Both the position numbers and the translations under genes were made by a program. A DNA stretch of 64,000 bases, from positions 20,710,001-20,774,000 of the forward strand of contig NC_087250.1 of NCBI RefSeq assembly GCF_037042905.1, in the 5' to 3' direction. This document shows, piece by piece, positions 25,501 through 37,282 of this stretch (the first letter of the stretch is position 1; every line of letters starts with the position of its first letter). Source of the DNA: Lytechinus pictus (Eukaryota). The notes beneath the pieces were generated by a model. It was not told where the DNA came from and searched no databases. It was given only the letters and a program-made list of their open reading frames with translations.

Positions 25501-28500
25501 CTCTTTATTAAGTGCGATCCATATCCACCCCACAATTTTCCTACAAAGTGCTAGAAATACAGAGCTGAAATTAACCTTTTTGTTAGATCGGAATATTAAA
25601 TATTTTATGCTCGCGCTTTGCTTTCGCTTTGATTTTCATGATAAAAGATGTATTTAGAATGCCTAGATTCTAGGATAAATCTGAAACACGCACGTGCTTC
25701 TGCTCGCACTTTGTGCTCGCATTATTAATGTAGGAAGAACCCCTTTTACTCATCCTTTTCATGATTTACAAAACATGAGTAGAGTGTCCCGTTTTAGGTC
25801 TAAATCTCGATTTTTTTCCCGCGCTCGCATCATTTGTTTAGTTACATAGCTATCCTTTTACGAACACAAATATTGATTAAAATTTTCAATTTTTTATGTA
25901 GAAATGTAAAAAAAAAAAAAAAATTATGTAGAAAATTAAAAAATTCAGCTCGCGCCTAGCGCTCACATTATTTGATTGTTGAAATATGTAACGTCTTCAT
26001 GGCTAACTGCAAGCAGTAGGTAGGCCTACCTTTTCGATCAGTTCAAAACGTGTATCGACAATTTCTGCTCGCGCTTCGCGTTCGTAGTTTAGTTGCATAC
26101 ACATCTTTTTCAGGATAACAAACATTGCCTTGAATGTCCAAATTTTAGGAAAAATAAATACGCATTATATAAATAAGGATTGATGGTATATATTTATGTT
26201 GATTTATAAAGTTAAAGCGAAGAAGTAACTATTACGACTACCCCTTAAAGAAACAACAAAAAATCATTTCGGGCCCCCCTATTGGCGAAGGCTGGATCAG
26301 CCCCTGATCTACGTTAGTTGATTTTTGTCACTTTCTTCTTTGTGGATGGAACCATTTTTTTTTTCGAGGGGGGGGGGGGGTGGGCCCAAAGCCCCAGAGA
26401 CAGAGGGGAGACATGGGATGGAGAGAGGGAGAGAAAGGGGGCAGACTGAGAAGGAGAGAGAGAGAGAGAGATAATCATTATTCGGCTTACCAGTGTCAAC
26501 GTTGTACTGGAAGCTGTAATCGACTTTCAGGCAGCCGCCCATAGTTGAACAGTCCGCTGTTGCTAAGTTGTCACCGTCGCAGGAAGGGTAGCCCGTCTGT
26601 GAGGACGGTATGTTGAGCTCTTGATTATTCGATGAAATGGACGCACAACGATAGCATGACTGCGAGAAGGCTGTCATAAAATAAAAATAAAATGATAATA
26701 GTATCGGAGACCGGGGCAAATTGTAACACGTGTCAAATAGTCGGGTAGATATGATGATCAAAATTATATGAATATATTTTATCTTGTGTACGGAATAAAC
26801 ATATATGCGAGCAGCATTTCTATGGCGAATGGTAAAAAAATCAATGAAATACCTCTTTCTGTGGAAATTGAAAATGGTTTTCTCTGAACCTTTTGTATAT
26901 CAATAGGCAAATCATTTCACACCCGATAATGAAATGAAAACGAAAGTCAATGGCCATTGAAAAAAATCAAATCCAAGCATTTCATATTAAATAATTAATG
27001 GTGCAAATGCTCGCTTATGACGTCTAATCCAAAACTTGAAATTCTAATAACTTTCTTAATTTTTAACGGATTTTCGTCAAGACTTCAGCATATTTTTAAT
27101 CATTTTTTTCTGCTATTCTCACAAAAACATCTTTCTTCAAGGTGAAATTCCTCTTTAAGCTTAGAAGTAAGGTCTTCATAACTTAATCATATCTGGGAAA
27201 TTTGTTTTGTCACCATATCAAATATCAGTTTTGTCCAATAAAGTTTGCGTATACACTCTAAAAATGGTTTACCCAATATTTGGTAAAATGGGAACATGTA
27301 TGTTGGTTGGGTAAAAAGATACCCAATATTTTGTCAATTTAACGCAATGTTGCGTTGAAATAGCCCAATATGGGGTAAAAAATACCCAGCAAACATGCAT
27401 GTTCCCTTTCTACCCAATATTGGGTAAAATTTTACTCAGTGTTTTTAGAGTGTAGTTTGTTTCATTGAAATCAGAAACTTCTGTGTTTTCATTCTTTTTA
27501 TTTTTCTTATAATTTATATCACTTTAGTAGACATTAATAAATTAAGGCATGGTGAGAGTGTACCGTAATTTTATATTTTCTTAGTTAAAATTGTAAATCT
27601 GAGTAGGCCCATACTTCGAAAAAAAAGCACAGCTTAGAGTCGCCACGTCAACTAGCTCAAACATGAGAACTAGTCCAGTCAATATAGGGTTTGACCCACC
27701 ACTAATTGCAACACTAGATATTCCACTGCAATGCTTTCAAGGAAGGTCCCCTAAACAACATACTAAAAGTCCCAAGAAATCCAAGCAGTGGAAATTTATG
27801 AAATTTGCATATTATGCAAATTGGCCCTAAAAAATTAGAAAAATAAGGAAAATAGCCCAAAGATTACAAATTGAGTGTCCAGAACAATTCAATTTGAGCA
27901 AAAATTCATGATAAATAACTGTTTTCAATGTCTTTTGTCAAAAGTGCAAAAAATCTACCTCATTTGCATAATATGCAAATAAGCATCCTTATACTGAAAA
28001 ATGTCAAGGTATTGTGATTTTTCTCTCATTATCTGCTTGAAAATATCATTAATGTTCGAATTTACATGCTGCTATCACTAAGGACGTTGAATACATTTGT
28101 ATTCAGCTTAGTGTATGTAGTGTAATCTGCATATTATGCAAATCAAAGTATCTAACATGTTATAAATATTCAAGGAAACACACTGGTGATACATCCCTCA
28201 AAAATTGCATGTAGATTATCTATTGAAATTGAAATATGGCAATACCTTACAGGAAGGTTTTCTAAACACCATATTAAAAGTCCTTAAATATACAAGCATA
28301 TAGGAATATATCAAAATTTGGATTTTATGCAAATTAGCCATAATAAATTACAAATAAGGAAAATAATCCAAATATTGGAAATCAAGTGCATAAATCAATA
28401 CGAATTGAACTGAAGCCCATGATAAGTTTTACAAATCTATTTATTTTTTTAATGAAAAAAAAATCGTAAATAAATCTACCTCATTTGCATATATATGAGC

Positions 28501-31500
28501 ATCTTTATATGGAAAAAAACACTTCTTGCTTGGCTGATATTGACTTTTGTCACGAGCAGTTACCCCACTCATATTGTACAATGATGAGTCCATTCTACAT
28601 GGATCCCACTGCTTGAATGCTTCATTATTTCCATCCAAGTCTTGCTCTCATCTTGACTTTATATAGACTTTGCGTTTCTTGCGAGTATAGTCCACGCTAG
28701 CAACTCCTGGATTGCCAAGTGATCAGCACAAGATGTCACACCCGTACAAATAAAAGCCCATTAGCTTCGAATATTTGGTCCTTGTAGCACACCAATTAGC
28801 TTATAAACTTGGGGTCCTTGTATTTAAAGCGCTAACGATAAATCTCCACCCTACATCTCAGAGCTCTTATCTCAGCATAGACCAACACGCAGTCTCAGAT
28901 CAGCAGCTCAAGCATTGCTGAGGGAATCTCTCAGCCACACAACCTGGGGTGACAGAGCCTTCTATATCTCTGGACCAAAGCTGTTGAATAGCCTTCTCCA
29001 ATTTATCAGGACAGCAGAGACCCAATCAACTTTTGAGTCTTACCTGAAGACCTTTCTGTTCCCCACTCCAACATTATCCCAAGACAAGAATATCTCAATA
29101 GTAGCATTACTAGGACAGTACTTGAACTGAATGATGATCCTAAGCACTGTTTGAAGACATTGAAATTTGTGAGATATTTCCTATTTTTGAGCAAGCGCCA
29201 TGAGCGCCCAGCTGAGGCGGATACCGGCGCTTTACAAGAACCCATCATCATCATCATCATCATCATCATCACTTGTCTTGGTGGTGAATATGAGTACTTG
29301 CTTGGATCACAAGATCTCTGGGCATGCTTAATAAGAGTAACAATGGGCATCTGCCTATACGAGCGACATGAAAGCCATTCATAAATTCATGATGAAGGCT
29401 TAAAGTGTATTATAGGCATCTTCCTCAGATACAGGAATCGAGATTAGACGTTCTTGCTGAATCCAGTTGCTGCTTCATGATGAAGCATCCATTTTCTGTT
29501 CTTTCCTCTTTGATAAATCTCCTATGGCAACCATCTCCAAATATTAAAGCTATAGTTTCTAAGTAAGTCGTATGAAAATAATAATATTAATTTCCTGATA
29601 TCTATGGTAAAAAGAAATTCCTCAGTGAGACAATGAACAAACCAGATGGAGGACTAAGCCAGATTATTGCCTTTCCAACAAGAGGACACAACATAATGGA
29701 ACACCCTTAACATCACCATCAAATACCATCCAACATTGATTAGACAGTGTGACCACTTCCATGATTTATTTGCCACAATGTGCTACTCATGGGTATACTG
29801 TGAGGTTATCCAGAGGAATAAACATTTTATGGTACGACTAAGGATGTTCTTCTGGAGGAATGCTAACTTTAATAGTGTCATGCAGATGTACTTTGAACAA
29901 TCATACAACTCTCTGTACTGAAATCTGACAAGTCGAGCATAGGAGACTGAATGCCAATCAAGAGGACTTTAACAAGAGCAACACCATTAACCATGTCTTC
30001 TTCCGACACAAGTTGCCTCAATGAGACAATGGACATAAGTTGTGTCGGAAGATGTCAAGAGTTTTAGAGAAAGGCTAGGAAGGCTTGCACATTTTAGAGC
30101 TCCAAAAGCATCAAAGAGGACCATAAGAGGGTTTGTAGACAAGCCTTTAATACATATTTGTTGACCGGATTGACAATGATCCAGGCTGTAACAATTAGCA
30201 TGTTGGGAGCCCTTAATATCTATGACTATAGCTATGACTACATTGGAATATCATTATTAAAGGAAGGCAAAGATTTTTAGTCTTAGTATTCACCACTGAT
30301 CATGATGATGATGACGCTGAAATCCTGGGACCCAGTCCTGACCCAGATATGGCCAGATAACATATTGTTTAGTCAAGCAGGTGTAGCCAGACTACTGAAG
30401 AAATTGTAACCTGCATGAAGCTACTAGGCCAGATGGAATCTCTGCTGCACTTCTTAATGAGACTACTCATCAGATCTTACCTGCCATAAGTTTGCTTTTC
30501 CTGGCCTCCCTTTATCATGTTTATACGGTGAAATTTAAAGAAAGTCTATATCGTTCCCATCCACATAAGAAAGGGTTGTCAACTCTAACAAACTACACAC
30601 CAATTAAAAAACTGTGCTTTGTTCTTGCCAATCCCATCATCTTGTCAGACTAACGCTTAGGAAGCGAAGAACATATTTCCAGTATTTTTCCTTGAATATA
30701 AATCATTTTAGGATAGATTTGAATGCTTAGTGATATCAGCATATTAATTTGAAACAAGTGGAATTCCTCTGGCCGTCTCACCTGCATCACGCGATTCAAT
30801 ATAGCAGCAGTGCTGATTTTGAAAACTACTATAACTCGCACAAGATGTTCAGTGATACTTGGTTACTCTTATTTCCACGTTTTATGAACTAGACCCATAC
30901 ACTTATAGAGATATGATGGTAATTCAACAAATACCCCCAACGTGGCCAAAGTTCATTGACCTTACATGACCTTTGACCTTGACCATGTGACCTGAAACTC
31001 GCACAGGATGTTCAGTGATACTTGATTACTCTTATGTCCAAGTTTCAAGAGAAAGATCCATCAACTTTCCAAGTTATGATGGTAATTCCACAGATACCCC
31101 CATTATGGCCAAAGTTCATTGACCTTTGACCTTGGTCATGTGACCTAAAATGCGCAAAGGATGTTCAGTGATACTTCATTACTCTTATGTCCAAGTTTTA
31201 TGAACTAGACCAACACACTTTCAAAGTTATGGCGGTAATTCAACAAATACCCCAATTTGACCAAAGTTCATTGACCCTAAATGACCTTTGACCTTGATCA
31301 TGTGACCTGAAACTTGCACAGGATGTTCAGTAATACTTGATTACTATTATGTCCAAGTTTCATGAATCAGATCCATAAACTTTTAAAGTTATGATGGTAA
31401 ATCTACAGATACCCCCAATTCGGCCAAAGTTCATTGACCCTAAATGACCATTGACCATGGTCATGTGACATGAAACTCAGGCAGGATGTTCAGTAATAAT

Positions 31501-34500
31501 TGATTAACCTTATGGCCAAGTTTCATGAACTAGGTCCATATACTTTCTAAGTTATGCTGTCATTTCAAAAACTTAACCTCAGGTTAAGATTTTGTGTTGA
31601 CGCCGCCGCCGCCGTCGGAAAAGCGGCGCCTATAGTCTCACTCTGCTATGCAGGTGAGACAAAAACTGAAATGTTTTCAATGCAGTCAATGTGATAAAAA
31701 TCAAAATTTCTTGACATTTTCCATATAAGGATACTTATTTGCATAATATGCAAATGAGGCAGATTTGCTAGCTTTTTTAAATAAAGACATTGAACTTATT
31801 TATTTATCATGAATTTTTGTTCAAAATTACTTGCTGTGGATATTTACTTATTAATCTTTGGATTAATTACCTCATTTTCTATTTTTTTTAATGGCTAATT
31901 TGCATAATATGCAAATTAATTTTCAGGCATTGGGATGAATTATCATGCTTAGTGATATAGTAGCATATTAATTTCAACATTAATGAAATGTTTTCAAGCA
32001 GTCTATTTGAGAAAAATCACAATATCTTGACATGTTTTCCATATAAGGATGCTTATTTGCATAATATGCAAATGAGGTAGAATTTTTTGCACTTTTGATT
32101 AAAAACATTGAATTCAGTTATTTATCATGAATTTCCATTCAAATTAAAATGTTTTGGACATTTAATTTGTAATCTTTGGATTATTTCCCTTCTTTTTCTA
32201 ATTTTTTCATGGCTAATTTGCATAACATGCAAATTTCATAAATTTCCACTGCTTGGATTTCTTGGGACTTTTAGTATGTTGTTAAGGGGACCTTCCTGGA
32301 AAGCATTTCAGTGGAATATCTCGTGTTGCAATTAGTGGTGGGTTACCCCCCTATTCTGGCTAGATTGACTGGACTAAACGTTTTGTCAATCATAGTGCTT
32401 GTTTACAACATGTTACAAGGAGAATTGCAACATCTTCTATAAGCTCAGACATGATAAATTAATCATTTTGATCATATCTGTCCAATGAATATGGATTATG
32501 AAATCATATTCGCAGCCATATGCTAAAATGCATGAATTTGTACAGAGCAAAAATCAGTATAAATACAAACAGGTAACAAACATGCCCATACCCCTACGTT
32601 AGGTATCATCTGGGATATACAATGAGGATAGGAAGTGAATTGAAGTGGGGAATATGTCTTTGTGCACATGATATCGGGATAAATAAGAAATTCGGTATTG
32701 GATACGTTTGTTACTAAAAAGGTAAAGAATATTTGATTTTATCCGAAAAATTTGCGTATTTTTGTATTGATTGGTTTTAGACAGAGCTGTCATTTCCTCC
32801 CTCTTTAAGAAATATCATTTTATTTGAAAAAAAATATATTAAAGTTAAAAAGCATAATGTACATGTATAGTGTTTAACAAAGCCGTCCATTTAGAAAGAT
32901 GTCTGGGTAGATATTAGATACAGACCCCAAATAGAATCTACAGTTAGGGTGAAGCCACAACAACCTAAAACAAAGTGATTCATGAGTTTCACAGTTGACA
33001 TCGCGATCAAATCTATGCGATGATCTTCTGACCTTATCATCGTCATGGACACATATGTGGCATTACCCCATGGTTATGTGTACACTACGTGCATAATACT
33101 ACCATCGTTCACTCGAATGAAGGAATATCACAAGGATGGTTAAATTGCAATGGATTCGTTGTGACGTAGACTACTGGATTACAGTTAGTATCCAAATGAG
33201 ACCGAGCAAAGTGAGCGAGCATATTTCCATATTTGGAACAGAAACAGAATGATTATCAAATCGTCTTTGTAGGGATTGTAATTATGAGAGAAATTGCGGT
33301 GGTAAGCGTATTAATAAGCGAGCCTCAAAAAAGTTGCGTCAGTCGTTTAATGCAATAAATACGGAGGATGCTAAGGGGGTATTATAAATAACGTAAACCT
33401 TAGAAGGACTATGAAGAACAAATATATAAAAAGGGCAAATATGGATTTAAATAGTCGAGTTTTGTTAAATGAAAACTCATTAGCTCACTGGTGAGATGGG
33501 AATGAAAAAAAAGGATAATTATCGGAAATAAAGGTACCATAATTATGAAATGATCATAGGCCATCACAGGCTACAATATAAACTTCAAAAAACGTGGAAA
33601 TATCACAATGATGAATACGAAAATGAAAGATTTCGAATAATCTTAAAGATTATATGGGGAGATGATGCAACATTCCAAATTTTGAGCAAAATTCATTTAT
33701 GAAATATTTATTACATTTTTGTGTTAATTACTTTGATCTTAAGTCCCCTATAAATTGATGAAATGGTAAAAATAAATGTTTTATTAACGGCATTGATTTG
33801 ATCAATGTCTTCAATGATTCATCGTATACTTTTTGAAGAAATATGCGGTAGGCCAAATATTTTTCGTACAAAATCCCCGCTTCCACAAATATACCAGATG
33901 GTCCCCTAAAGGGATATTTTAATTAGTTTATGATAGAAGTTATAATCATAATTATAAGTCATTCGAATCACATATTCATAAATGAACTTATTATAACTTA
34001 ACTCCCATGATGTGTAGTGGATATCACCCAAACCTTTTGCTTTTTCAAAAATAATAATTAGGTCAATTTAAGCTCTTTAACTGCATTTAAAGATAAATCC
34101 ACACATTAACATTAGTATAAACCATTTAATGATTAAAACAAATATTTTTTCTTATCTTTTGGAGTGGGGGGGGGGGGTGATTGTACATGCCATACCCCCT
34201 CTCCGAAAAGTGTGGGGGATGTATTCCCCACCCCTCGATTTATGCCCGTGAAATGAGCCATTCGTCGAATAAGCACGGTTGTCATATCGCGAACCAATCT
34301 TGTCCAATTTTTTCTGCGCAATCTGATTTTGACATTAATATTTCATACTCGTCTTGCTCACCTACGCGTGAAGTGTTCATTAGGTATCAACATGTAGAGG
34401 AATAATTGGATTGCATAAAGATGCAAGTAAAATATCGTAATCGATTTTCCTTTGAATAAAAAAGATGTGGGAATCCCGATTCTATTTTTTCTGGGACGCA

Positions 34501-34803
34501 CTGTATATTTCTCCATACAATTTAGTACAACAAAGCGGCGAAATTTGTCTAATTTGCACCCAGTCTGCTTTGATCACTGCATGGAAGCGTTGATCTTGCA
34601 TCCCTCACTGACTGTCTGGCGGCCCACGAAAAATTGGCAAAAATAATTTTAGGTGTATTTCTCCTCATGATTACTAGTTCGAGCAATGAATTATGGATTA
34701 GAAATAGAGTTAAAAAAGAAAAATTATATAGAGGAGAGATATAGGAGAGCTTACCGCTTCCAAAAGACAGCGCTACAACGAAGATCAGAATTTGGACATC
34801 CAT
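15974..34803 (-). CDS. Gene A: 3-exon Ly6/uPAR (three-finger, quiver/sleepless-like) GPI-anchored protein, 162 aa; join(34803-34755,26670-26491,16233-15974)
   Basis: Exons of 49+180+260 nt = 489 nt, with phase-1 GT-AG introns. The protein has a signal peptide, 10 Cys (CxxC at the start, CxC-x4-CN at the end) and a hydrophobic GPI-type C-terminus. Confidence 0.88.
16460..17024 (+). repeat. ~408-bp unit in partial tandem (direct repeat 16460-16614 vs 16868-17024, continuing at 22474-22514)
   Basis: CGGCAGAGACA(A)TTTTTTCGGCATCACCAATTTTTCCAA...GGGTAGATAGCTCTGGGGAACCTTGATTTAAG occurs twice. The second copy resumes after the piggyBac insertion. Confidence 0.85.
16807..16878 (+). tRNA. tRNA-like cloverleaf with TCA anticodon (repeat-borne; suppressor-like or pseudo-tRNA)
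   Basis: Acceptor stem GTCTCTG/CAGAGAC, D stem GTCT/AGGC, anticodon stem CCGGC/GCTGG with loop GTTCAAA, T stem CCGGG/CCCGG with loop TTCGATT. T6 follows at 16879-16884. Confidence 0.6.
17025..22473. mobile_element. Non-autonomous piggyBac-like element, 5449 bp
   Basis: TTAA-CCCTTTGCGTGCG ... CGCACGCAAAGGG-TTAA. The flanks rejoin to match the uninterrupted repeat at 16570-16614. No transposase ORF. Confidence 0.85.
22520..23305. mobile_element. Truncated hAT-like MITE (same family as 41456-42338)
   Basis: Colinear similarity from the CA/TA microsatellite to the end GGATCGACGCCTCTG. Confidence 0.75.
24034..24638. mobile_element. Kolobok-like MITE
   Basis: TTAAATGGATACTCCGGGCTGAAAATA ... TATTTTCAGCCTGGAGCGCCCTTTAG. 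A related fragment is at ~23310-23728. Confidence 0.55.
24692..26306. mobile_element. hAT-like non-autonomous element
   Basis: CATAGGCGGATCCAG ... CTGGATCAGCCCCTG, with internal GCTCGCGCTTCGCGCTCGC motifs. Confidence 0.65.
26491..26670 (-). CDS. Gene A exon 2 (N-terminal LU domain)
   Basis: Acceptor tttatgacag, donor GTAAGC. Encodes (A)FSQSCYRCASISSNNQELNIPSSQTGYPSCDGDNLATADCSTMGGCLKVDYSFQYNVDT. Homologous to 61457-61627. Confidence 0.9.
27254..27452. mobile_element. CACT-ended (EnSpm/CACTA-like) MITE
   Basis: TA-CACTCTAAAAA ... TTTTTAGAGTG-TA, with internal TACCCAATAT repeats. Confidence 0.7.
28790..29270 (+). mobile_element. L2-clade LINE 3' fragment
   Basis: Translates to a typical L2 ORF2 C-terminus (PPYISELLSQHRPTRSLRS...TWGDRAFYISGPKLLNSL...YLKTFLF) and ends in (ATC)n. 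Confidence 0.8.
29330..30600 (+). mobile_element. Decayed CR1-group LINE ORF2 fragment
   Basis: 30345-30520 translates, with stops and shifts, to DNILFSQAGVARLLKKL..GPDGISAALLNETTHQILPAISLLFLASL, the region just before the RT core. Confidence 0.55.
30752..31665. mobile_element. Helentron-associated (HINE/DINE-1/pearl-like) element with ~160-bp internal tandem repeats
   Basis: SubTIR GTCTCACCTGCAT (30775-30787) / ATGCAGGTGAGAC (31648-31660), a terminal hairpin, (GCC)n and A-rich ends. Repeat marker at 30948, 31111, 31263 and 31426. Confidence 0.75.
34755..34803 (-). CDS. Gene A exon 1 (signal peptide)
   Basis: ATG...MDVQILIFVVALSFGS, then G|GTAAGC phase-1 donor that matches the exon 2 phase. 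A promoter lies directly upstream. Confidence 0.82.
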
Positions 34804-34899
34804 TGCGGTATCAAATTTCTCCAGTGCGTTGAGCGATAAATGCCGAAAACAGTCGATGCACCAAGTTCACCAACAAGAGTGATTGCACTTCGATACTGA

Positions 34900-35080
34900 G
34901 GCGCACCTTATAACTTTACTAGCGCCGCCCATTTACGGTACATGCTGTATACTGGTTTAGCCAATAGGATGTCAAGGTCGATTAGCGCGTAGCCAATTAG
35001 CGTTGTTTATGCGGTTGGCATCCGCATTCGCTTCTGTGTTCAAGACCTAGCCAGTGTGATACTGGTAGGGCGGGGCGGGG
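34900..35080 (-). promoter_or_regulatory. Gene A core promoter: TATA-like box, two CCAAT boxes, GC boxes
   Basis: TTATAA at 34908-34913, CCAAT at 34961 and 34993 (32 bp apart), GGGCGGGGCGGGG at 35068-35080. All are conserved in the paralogous copy at 49394-49566. Confidence 0.7.
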
Positions 35081-35787
35081 CCATTGTGGTGGTGGTGGTG
35101 GGGGGGGGGGGGTGATTTACAGTATATCTCCGGAATTCGAACTCTACCAGCTTGTGGATTAGAGTGTTGCGAAATATATTCAAGCCTTACATGGACAACT
35201 TTTAGATGAAAATGGAAAATGCCATGACATCACCACCCGCGTATTACACATTCACGAGGACATACATATAATGATATTCACAAAATATTGGTAAACTTCC
35301 AAATCCACAACATGATTATTAAAAAAATAAACTAATATTAGCGTTTAGCACACAGAAGTTTCCTGCCCGGAGCGACCTATTGTATGAAAGAAAGACTCTA
35401 CCATTAATTCAACAGACTATCTTTTAAGGTTTTTTTTTTCAAATACCCACAAAGCGCATGCCACTATTCAAATCCTCACTATGCGTTTGCACTAGAACGG
35501 TTCATGATGTAAACCATATGAAGATATGAATAATAAAAAGTATACATGTCTTTTACTTGATATGCTTACGGTTCTTATATCAAAAAAATATTTTGATCGG
35601 ATGCCTGATTTAAAATAAAATATCTGTGTTTTTGTGTCTTTTTAAAGTAAAACCTTTTCCAAAGCCGAGAATGGGCGAACATTTTCAGGAATTTATCTAT
35701 GCCATTAGCTTTTTAAATACCCAACGACTAAATATGTAAACTTCGCCAAGAGATGGCGCTAGATGCCAAAATCACGCTCTAACGTCT

Positions 35788-37282
35788 GTGGAGGTGGCGT
35801 GGCCGAGTGGTCTTAGGTAGTGTTTAATACAGGAACACTACCCAGAAGGAAAAACCAGTAAGACCAGTAATTTTTTTTACTGGTTTCCAGTATATTTTTA
35901 CTGGGCCAGTTGATTTTTAACTGGACCAGTAAAAATCAACTGGAGACCAGTTCCAACAATTGCATTCCATTTGAAGCAATTAGTAATACCAGTTAAATTG
36001 TTTTTCATCAAACTGGTGTTTCTGGTCCAATAAATGGTTTCCAGTAGATTTTTACTGGTTTCCAGTATATGTTTACTGGACCAGTTGAATTTTATCTGGA
36101 CCAGTAAAAATCAACTGGAGACCAGTTCAAACAATTGCATTCCAGTTGAAGCAAAGTAGTAATACCAGTTAAATTGTTTTTCATCAAACTGGTGTTACTG
36201 CTTACTGGTCCAATAAATAATGACTTTATTGCAAGTCAAATCATTTGACGAATTATGGAAAATGAATCTTGCAATTCAGAGAAAGTTATTATGATTCGTT
36301 ATCATTGTTATCATCATTCTTCTTATAATTATCATAATTATTATTATTATGATTATTGTTATCATTGTTATTACTGTTATCATTGTTATCGATATTGTAA
36401 TTATTATTATTAATTATCATAATTATCAAGTATTAACATTATCATTGAAATAATTATTTATTAATTATTAATTATGATTAAGATCAAAGCAAGATATATT
36501 CCTCTGATATAGTCAACTGGTCTAAAGTAATTCATTGTTTGAAATTGAACTGGTCAAGACCAGTAATACCAGTAATTCTGATGATGCTGATCACCTGGTT
36601 TACCTCATTTGCATATTTCCTGTTTTAAACAGAAAAATCAGGATTTAGAATGGAATATCCTTGCAATGGCACTCATTGTTGTTTAAAAACTTTCCAAATA
36701 AGTGTGTGAACTAATTCACAATGAAAGTGTGTAATTTCATATATCACATTTAAAATAACAGCAGAAAGATTAATTTACTAACCATCTTTTCCATCACATT
36801 TCACTGACCATGGTATATAACAAACCAAATGCATGTAATAAATTGATCCAGTAAGACCAGTACGAGGACCAGTTTGACCAGTTCGAGGACCAGTTCGAAG
36901 ACCAGTAGAAAATACCAGTAAAGACCAGCTTGATCGGAGACCAGTATGAAGACCAGTGAGACCAGTAACAACCATCAGAAACAAGACCAGTATAAAATTC
37001 CAGTAATTCAAGACCAGTTTAATTTTTAACTGGACCAGTAAAATTTTAACTGGACCAGTATGACCAGTTAGACCAGTAAACCGATGTTCCAATTTCCAGA
37101 GTTACCAGTTAAAATTTTACTGGTCTAACTGGTCCAGTGGAACTGTTTTTTCCTTCTGGGTAGTCTTAGGCGCCTGCCCGTGAGCAAGGCATTTAATCTA
37201 CAATGCTCTTTTATCCTGCTTTGAAATAAATGGAAATGCTATATGCATTATTGGTAGCTAGGTGTGCACTTGTTAAAAAAAA
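35788..37282 (+). mobile_element. tRNA-derived SINE (family 2), interrupted at 35818-37162 and lacking its B box
   Basis: Head GTGGAGGTGGCGTGGCCGAGTGG and body GCCCGTGAGCAAGGCATTTAATCTAC...GTGCACTTGTT match the intact copy at 50017-50213. Confidence 0.85.
35818..37162. mobile_element. DNA transposon insertion rich in ACCAGT/ACTGG motifs
   Basis: 8-bp TSD GTCTTAGG (35810-35817 and 37163-37170). Inverted repeat TACCCAGAAGGAAAAA at 35839-35854 and 37147-37162. Confidence 0.85.

Larger units (their letters stand above)
27671..32376. mobile_element. Academ-like non-autonomous element with long TIRs and nested LINE/Helentron fragments
   Basis: TAGTCCAGTCAAT ... ATTGACTGGACTA with 3-bp TSD AAC. 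Inverted homology extends ~350+ bp. Confidence 0.8.

Noticed and set aside
36778..37092. TG-repeat 104-aa ORF
   Set aside because: It is a translation of the ACCAGT subterminal motifs of the 35818-37162 insertion.
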